Source: Candidatus Kuenenia stuttgartensis
GTDB lineage: Bacteria > Planctomycetota > Brocadiia > Brocadiales > Brocadiaceae
Assembly: GCF_900232105.1 (NCBI RefSeq)
Contig: NZ_LT934425.1
Coordinates: 360,001-392,000, forward strand
Reading direction: 5' to 3'
Length of the DNA stretch: 32,000 bases
Below the pieces are notes generated by a model. That model saw only the letters and a program-made list of their open reading frames with translations, did not search any database and was not told the origin of the DNA. A program made the position numbers and the translations under genes. Below are positions 26,263 through 32,000 of the stretch, one piece after another (within the stretch, counting starts at the first letter, position 1; the number at the start of each line of letters is the position of its first letter).

Positions 26263-26754
26263 TAAAATATTACGTACTATTTCCCTACAACATGATATGA
26301 TAGCGATGAAAATGTTAATTTAAAAAATCCTTGTATTTCAGATAGTTTGATTTTAGCATGTTTTTTGTAACATTTTGTAACATTTTAGATATTAGCCTTG
26401 TATTATCCTTCACTATTTTTAAAGCGTTTAAACAATGATACCTTGTAATAAATGCAGCCAGCATATTGGCGAACGTCTCTGTATTGGACTGGGAGACTGG
26501 CTTTGCCCGAAGTGTTGTGGACAATATCGCATTGTTGACATAAATTGCTGGAAGTATTGTCCCTTCTTTTTTAAAGAAGAAATCCCCGTCAATGCTGAAA
26601 AACAGAAACAATAACTGATTACCCGGGAAAAACCGCAGAAAACATTTACGGACGAAAACGATAATCGCTGCTTTAACAAAAGCATGTAATGAGAGGAGCG
26701 TTTTCCCCCTGGTATGCGGAGAAACCATTTTCAAAATTACCCGGCAAACGCCAC

Positions 26755-27561
26755 ATGGCAAATCAACGGTCACGGATAATAACACTTCTTACGGACTTCG
26801 GAATTCATGATGCTTATACCGGCATTATGAAGGGAGTGATTGCCGGGATTAATCCGCATGCCAACATCATCGATCTGTGCCATATGATTCCGCCACAAGA
26901 CGTTTTTCGCGGGGCATATATACTGTACACCTCTTACCAGTATTTTCCAAAAGGAACTATACACATTGCCGTTATTGACCCCGGCGTTGGCAGTGAAAGA
27001 AACATACTCTGTGCAGAATGCAAAGGACACCTGTTCCTTGCCCCGGATAATGGTTTATTGAGTTTTATCCTTCAAAAAGAAAAGACTAAAACCATCACAC
27101 GTGTGACAAATACCAAATTTTTCCTGCCGGGGCAAAGCAATACCTTTCATGGACGGGACATCTTCGCACCGGTAGCGGCACATCTGTCACTTGGCATCTT
27201 ACCCGATCAGTTAGGCAGGAAAATCAATCAGTTCCGTCAGATTGACATGCCAAATCCCGTATTTGCAAAAGAAAACAGAAGGATTAACGGAACCATTCTC
27301 TCTATTGACCATTTTGGCAACCTCATTACCAACATCACAGAAAAAGACATAGATAATTTAGAAACAACCACAAACAATCTAATTTTAACGGTAGACAATG
27401 AGAAAATAAAGGGCTTAAGTAATACCTATGCCGATGTAAAAACCGGCATGCCACTTATGTTTATAGGAAGTGCGGGGTTTTTAGAAATATCAGTAAATCA
27501 GGGAAATGCCAAAAAACATTTCAGGGCAAAACAAGGCCACAAGGTTTACCTCGATGCTTGA
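26755..27561 (+). CDS. SAM hydroxide adenosyltransferase (DUF62/SAM_adeno_trans family)
   Basis: From MANQRSRIITLLTDFGIHDAYTGIMKGVIAGINPHANIIDLCHMIPPQDVFRGAYIL...VIDPGVGSERNIL...FHGRDIFAPVAAHL...IDHFGNLITNI. The ORF-track start 26689 extends upstream; ATG at 26755 fits the family better. Confidence 0.93.
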   Translation: MANQRSRIITLLTDFGIHDAYTGIMKGVIAGINPHANIIDLCHMIPPQDVFRGAYILYTSYQYFPKGTIHIAVIDPGVGSERNILCAECKGHLFLAPDNGLLSFILQKEKTKTITRVTNTKFFLPGQSNTFHGRDIFAPVAAHLSLGILPDQLGRKINQFRQIDMPNPVFAKENRRINGTILSIDHFGNLITNITEKDIDNLETTTNNLILTVDNEKIKGLSNTYADVKTGMPLMFIGSAGFLEISVNQGNAKKHFRAKQGHKVYLDA

Positions 27562-27635
27562 ACAAAAAGAAACCCACCTATCTATAATACTTTAGTTTTT
27601 TGAAAACTTCCAATAATCGCGAGGTATTCTCAAAT

Positions 27636-27865
27636 TCTGTTACGCAGGTTAAAAGGGTAGCTGCTCTGATAAATGAGATTGCTTCCGCTTCAGAAGAACA
27701 AAGCAATGGCATTCAGCAGATGGATCAGGTAGTGCAAAAAATGCCGCAACTGCAGAAGAGGCTGCTTCGGCAGGAGAAGAATTGACGGCGCAAGCCCAGG
27801 AACTTAATGCCCTTGTAAAAACAATATCCCTCGAAGTCAATGCAAGCGAAGGGGAACACCATTAG
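27636..27865 (+). pseudogene. C-terminal remnant of a methyl-accepting chemotaxis protein signalling domain, frameshifted
   Basis: VKRVAALINEIASASEEQSNGIQQMDQVVQ followed in another frame by NAATAEEAASAGEELTAQAQELNALVKTISLEVNASEGEHH*. One A is missing from the 27736-27741 A run; restoring it rejoins the frames. Confidence 0.85.
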
Positions 27866-28089
27866 CCTGAGTCCTCAATCGGCAATCTGCAATTTGCAAT
27901 TTGCCGACTGCATAATGGTGAAATCCGAAATGCGAAATACGAAGCAAATTCCAAACTTCAACTGTTCAAAACCGGGTTTTTTTCATTGGGATTTTGTATT
28001 TTTGAATTTATTTCGGACTTTGTATTTCGTACTTCAAATTTTTTATCTAACGCATGTTTGGTTCTGGTTATACCAACTTAGGTACTGAA

Positions 28090-29625
28090 TCATTTTTTCT
28101 TATCCAAACAGGCGGTGATCCTGTTTTTGCCATTTTTCTTCGATTCTAATAATGCCTTATCTGCACGTCCAATAAGACCGCTCCTGTTTAAGTTATCTAT
28201 TGATGGTTTCGTTTCCGCCACACCAATGCTTATTGTTACTTTATATTGTTCTTTATTATCGGCAAAGACATGCTCTGCAACCCTTTGGCGCAGTCTCTCT
28301 GCAACAATCAAGGCGCCTTCCAGATCTGATTCAGGCAAGACTATTGCAAATTCTTCTCCCCCGTAGCGGGCGAGTATGTCATAAGTTCTGATTCCCTTTT
28401 TCAATAAATCGCACAATTCCTTTAAAATAAAATCACCTGCCTGGTGGCCATAGTTATCGTTAAATTTTTTAAAATTATCCACATCGAGCATGATTAAACA
28501 AAAAACGCCCTTTTTCCTTTTTGTTCTATTAAGTTCCCTTTCAAGAAATATTTGTAAATACCGATGATTATATACTTCCGTTAACCCGTCTATATTGGCA
28601 AGACTTTCAAGCCACTTATTTTTTATCTCAAGCTCCCTGGCCGCTTTCTGCATTTGTATTTTTGCATTGACAAGTTCTTTATTCATTTGATCATACGTCA
28701 GATTTATTCCACTGAGAATGGTATTTGCTTCAATCAATATCTCCTCAATAGATTTTGGCTTCTTAATATAAAACCCAAAATAGTTTGCATTATGCACCAC
28801 CTCCAGGTCAACTTTATCCAATATATCGTCAATTACTGCCTTGCTAAAACCCAAATTAACCTTCATTTCCTTAATAAATGTATCATAATATTTATTCGGC
28901 TCATTAGAATATAAAATGTTGGATACCAACCCTGAAAAATAAATAACATTTGTGTAAAGTTGTGCCTTTTTATCATCTCCTTTGTTCTTTTCCGGAAAAT
29001 GGTGATGTTGAATGGGAACTGATAATATATCCGGGAAGCACCAGTTCTTTGTAATCTCATAGCCTATTTGTGCGTGGTCTATACCGATAATTTGCTGCTC
29101 AATCTCAATAATGTTTTTTTTACTATTTTGCGCCTCTTTAGCGACCTGATCGTATAATTCTGGGTGTGTGCTCGCTATAATTAATTTGCCAATATCTTTT
29201 AAAAGTCCCGCAATAAATATCTCCTCAAGATCATTATTATCAATTTTATTCTTAATCAACCTGGCAACAACTGCGGTAGCAAGAGATTTCACCAAAAAAT
29301 CTTCATACATGAATAATTCCGCCTTATTGCCTCCTTTAATTGAGAGAAATGAAAAGGAAAGAACCAGGCTCCTTATAGCATTGATTCCGATACATGATAT
29401 TGCTTGCTGTATGGTGCTTATTTTATATGCAAAACCATAATAGGCAGAATTAGCAATCTTTAATACTTTCGCAGAAAGCGAAACGTCTTTTGATAACATA
29501 CCTGCTATTTCTTTTACAGACGTTTCCTCTTTTGATGTAAGGGAAATAATTTCTGATGCTACGGAAGGTAATGTTGGCAGGTCTGGCGATTTTAGTATAT
29601 CCTTTAAAATATCTTCTTTTTTCAT
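28090..29625 (-). CDS. HDOD-domain plus GGDEF-domain protein (putative diguanylate cyclase/signalling)
   Basis: 511 aa. N-terminal HDOD (LPTLPSVASEIISL...ISLLSKDVSLSAKVLKIANSAYYG-type; LKDIGKLIIASTHPELY; IGYEITKNWCFPDILSVPIQHHH), C-terminal GGDEF (NIDGLTEVYNHRYLQ...LDVDNFKKFNDNYGHQAGD...ARYGGEEFAIVLP). Confidence 0.93.
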   Translation of the reverse strand: MKKEDILKDILKSPDLPTLPSVASEIISLTSKEETSVKEIAGMLSKDVSLSAKVLKIANSAYYGFAYKISTIQQAISCIGINAIRSLVLSFSFLSIKGGNKAELFMYEDFLVKSLATAVVARLIKNKIDNNDLEEIFIAGLLKDIGKLIIASTHPELYDQVAKEAQNSKKNIIEIEQQIIGIDHAQIGYEITKNWCFPDILSVPIQHHHFPEKNKGDDKKAQLYTNVIYFSGLVSNILYSNEPNKYYDTFIKEMKVNLGFSKAVIDDILDKVDLEVVHNANYFGFYIKKPKSIEEILIEANTILSGINLTYDQMNKELVNAKIQMQKAARELEIKNKWLESLANIDGLTEVYNHRYLQIFLERELNRTKRKKGVFCLIMLDVDNFKKFNDNYGHQAGDFILKELCDLLKKGIRTYDILARYGGEEFAIVLPESDLEGALIVAERLRQRVAEHVFADNKEQYKVTISIGVAETKPSIDNLNRSGLIGRADKALLESKKNGKNRITACLDKKK

Positions 29626-29792
29626 ATCAATACTCCACTATTAATGTATAGGGCGTTTGCAAAACGGACCTTTTTGGCCACTTAATACTTATAGTTAGCG
29701 CATGGATACACTGCACAAACATCAATAGCATTGGAATTTCTTAAAAACATAAATTGTTACTATTTACCGTAAAATATATTTTTCAATTTTTA

Positions 29793-31508
29793 CCTAAATC
29801 CTGCAAACGATTTTCGCAATGCGAAAACCAGTATTTTCCACTACCAAGATTGGCAAAAAGCGATAACAGATATCCGTTTTTTAGCAATTGTGGTAGCGCT
29901 ATTGTACTACTTTAAACAAAAAGACATGGGAAATTGTCGGAAACGTGCTCTCTGATGCAATGAAAATCAAGATAGGGATGTACTGTCTCCATCTGCGGTA
30001 TACTTACCACTCTCAAAAGACTAAAAAAACGAAATACAACGTCGGTTTTCTACTGAAAAACTACATCCAGTGACATGCGTTCCCACTTTTCCCATTCCTC
30101 CTGATGGAGAAATTTCTCCGGCAATTTTAATGTCATCTGCCGGCTTCTCTCCACCAGTTTCCCTGCCACACGGATTAACCACAGTCTCATCGTCTTTACT
30201 TCCCACTGTTGTATCACTCCACCACTGAGCAATCCCATCCACTTCAAAAGATTATACGCTAACACCGCACACTGAAATAGCGCAGCATTGGCCAAAAATT
30301 CACCCGTACGTATGTGCCCCGCATTCATCTGTCCTTTACTCTCTTCTATCAAAGTCTCGCAGGTAGCCCTCTTTCCATAACAACGATGCGCTTCCATCGG
30401 ACTTAACCGCTCCGTTGTAACGTAACAAAAATACTCATACACGGACACTTCTACTAATTTCTTTTCTCTTTTGACCAATTGCCGCACTGCCACAAAACGT
30501 CTCGCACGATCCCACCCTGCACATCGATACCAAAATTCAGCCTGTTCCCATCCTGGCTCCCCTTTCACCTCATTCCATTTCTGCCCTTCAAGCAATCCTT
30601 CCAGATTCTTCAGCTTTACCTTAATCAGATATCCCGCCAATATTGACTCAAGGTATTCAAGTAATTCTCCGGTAAAAAAACCGCTGTCTCCTCGAAATAC
30701 CACCCTTACCCCCTTATTCATGTACGCCATACATTCCTTCATGAACTCTACTACTCCGTTACTCGTGTAGGCGCTTCCACAGCGGAACCAACTATGTAAT
30801 ACCTCCTTTGTTTCTGCAATAAATGCCATTAAGGGATGATACGCCTTCTGCCCCTTCTTGTGCGGATTATATCCTACCTCTGCACCCTCCTGTTTCCCAT
30901 ATACACCATCTACGGTAGAATCAACATCTATCCATACTTCGCAAAGAGCACTCCTGAGTTTATGGCCTGATCTCACCGCACGCTTCCATATCTTTCCCCT
31001 AAACCGGTGGATCACCCCCGTCAGTTCCACTATATCTCCCTGACTCGCCAGCTTCATAATACGTCCTATCGTAGTATCTACAGGTACCTCTTTCCACCCG
31101 GACATCTTCTTCAATACCTCATCTGTACACACCTTCATCACCTCTACCATCGATGTCGCCCCTGCTATCAACCCTATCACTACCATTTGTACCGCATCGA
31201 CAAACTGATACCGGGCATTTGCTCCACGATCCTTATGGACCGCTTCATGGACTCTCTCCCGGAACATCAGCTTACCCATAAAATTCAATACCGGTAAAAG
31301 CCCTGCATGTACCGTTAAGCCTTTCCCGCTCATCTCTGCCTTGATTTTCGGTTGTCTTTTGCTGTATTTTTTTGCTATATTCTTCATCGAAATGGTGAAT
31401 CTCCTTTCAGGTGTTTTTTGTTATCAATATACCGCCGAATACCTTGGAAATCCTACCATTTCAATCCTATTCCTGCAACAAGGCTTTGCCTTGTTTGCAG
31501 GATTTAGG
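29793..31508 (-). mobile_element. IS1380-family insertion sequence, complete
   Basis: 16-bp perfect terminal inverted repeats (CCTAAATCCTGCAAAC / GTTTGCAGGATTTAGG), 5-bp direct repeat TTTTA immediately outside both ends (29788-29792 and 31509-31513), full-length transposase ORF inside. Confidence 0.9.
30050..31387 (-). CDS. IS1380 family transposase
   Basis: 445 aa: KAEMSGKGLTVHAGLLPVLNFMGKL...WIDVDSTVDGVYGKQEGAEVGYNPHKKGQKAYHPLMAFIAET...RGDSGFFTGELLEYLE...RATCETLIEESKGQMNAGHIRTGEFLANAALFQCAVLAYNLLKWM. Confidence 0.93.
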   Translation of the reverse strand: MKNIAKKYSKRQPKIKAEMSGKGLTVHAGLLPVLNFMGKLMFRERVHEAVHKDRGANARYQFVDAVQMVVIGLIAGATSMVEVMKVCTDEVLKKMSGWKEVPVDTTIGRIMKLASQGDIVELTGVIHRFRGKIWKRAVRSGHKLRSALCEVWIDVDSTVDGVYGKQEGAEVGYNPHKKGQKAYHPLMAFIAETKEVLHSWFRCGSAYTSNGVVEFMKECMAYMNKGVRVVFRGDSGFFTGELLEYLESILAGYLIKVKLKNLEGLLEGQKWNEVKGEPGWEQAEFWYRCAGWDRARRFVAVRQLVKREKKLVEVSVYEYFCYVTTERLSPMEAHRCYGKRATCETLIEESKGQMNAGHIRTGEFLANAALFQCAVLAYNLLKWMGLLSGGVIQQWEVKTMRLWLIRVAGKLVERSRQMTLKLPEKFLHQEEWEKWERMSLDVVFQ

Positions 31509-31575
31509 TTTTATTTTCTATTGCCTTATTATACTTTACTATACTTGAAGTTTAGTGCACAAATCCAACTTTTTG

Positions 31576-31705
31576 TAACACTTTAGTTTTTTGAAAAAGT
31601 AGGGGCGAAGCATTTGCCCGTTTGGATATGAACGCATTTATGACAATTTACAGCAAATGCTTCGCCCCTACACTGCGATTATTGGAAACAGTTTAGATTT
31701 TTGGA
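31576..31705. repeat. Palindromic (MITE-like) element, copy D (right end degenerate)
   Basis: GTAACACTTTAGTTTTTTGAAAAAG + TAGGGGCGAAGCATTTGCCCGTTTGGATATGAACGCATTTATGACAATTTACAGCAAATGCTTCGCCCCTAC + ACTGCGATTATTGGAAACAGTTTAGATTTTTGG. Confidence 0.85.
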
Positions 31706-31708
31706 AAA

Positions 31709-31775
31709 ACAAAAATGCTCGTTCCCAAGCTCCGGCTTGGGAACGTAATTGCGTTAGAAGCTCTGGCTTCCATTT
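31709..31775. repeat. Dispersed palindrome-headed repeat, copy 3
   Basis: GCTCGTTCCCAAGCTCCGGCTTGGGAACGTAATTGCGTTAGAAGCTCTGGCTTCC; same order as 23534-23595. Confidence 0.75.
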
Positions 31776-31853
31776 AGCCGGCAAGCGAAACTTCGTGTAT
31801 TATTCGATTCAAAAGAGGTTTTCCAAATATCTTGGGTAACATACAGAAAAACG

Positions 31854-31904
31854 GGTGCATTCCCGATTGTTTGTAAGCGTTCATGGAGTCGGGGCAAAAC
31901 AACC
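31854..31904. repeat. Dispersed ~50-bp repeat, copy 2 (reverse orientation of 7479-7528)
   Basis: GGTGCATTCCCGATTGTTTGTAAGCGTTCATGGAGTCGGGGCAAAACAACC. Confidence 0.6.
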
Positions 31905-31933
31905 CTGACAGGGTTTGAAACCCTGTCAGGGTT
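31901..31933. repeat. Perfect 33-nt palindrome with 16-bp arms
   Basis: AACCCTGACAGGGTTT-G-AAACCCTGTCAGGGTT. Confidence 0.92.
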
Positions 31934-32000
31934 AACACTACTGCAACGTTTCATTAAAACATGGCGGAAATCACAAAAAATCGGGAATACACCCCAGAAA

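Noticed and set aside
26315-26785. 156-aa minus-strand ORF between the element at 26126-26262 and the DUF62 gene
   Set aside because: Compositionally odd, overlaps the start of the well-supported DUF62 gene on the other strand, and no recognisable family. Not called as a CDS, though a decayed gene is possible.

Overview
The window looks like part of an anammox-type planctomycete chromosome (Kuenenia/Brocadia-like). That placement is inferred from gene content, not from a search. Main blocks, left to right: a minus-strand iron module (feoB, an RseC/MucC-like gene and a truncated possible DtxR-like gene); two adjacent YkgJ-type Cys-cluster genes; a B12-binding radical SAM gene next to a type III PKS (chalcone-synthase-like) gene; a repeat-dense non-coding area (6.8-7.7 kb); an HU gene; typA/bipA; a DUF6883/DUF4926-like gene pair next to a perfect 233-bp duplication and a gutted copy of an O-antigen-ligase gene; a minus-strand surface-glycan cluster (ligase, 2x GT2, 2x GT4, tandem WaaP/Kdo-kinase-like protein); a winged-helix-containing large ORF of unknown function with a mobile-gene feel; an orphan antitoxin-like gene; a TMTC-like TPR membrane protein; recD2; a SAM hydroxide adenosyltransferase (DUF62); an MCP remnant; an HDOD-GGDEF protein; and a complete IS1380-family element with inverted repeats and a 5-bp target duplication. 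The most unusual non-coding signal is a modular family of about 137-bp palindromic elements. They share GTAACACTTTAGTTTTTTGAAAAA arms but carry exchangeable and inverted cores. I found no CRISPR array, tRNA or rRNA.
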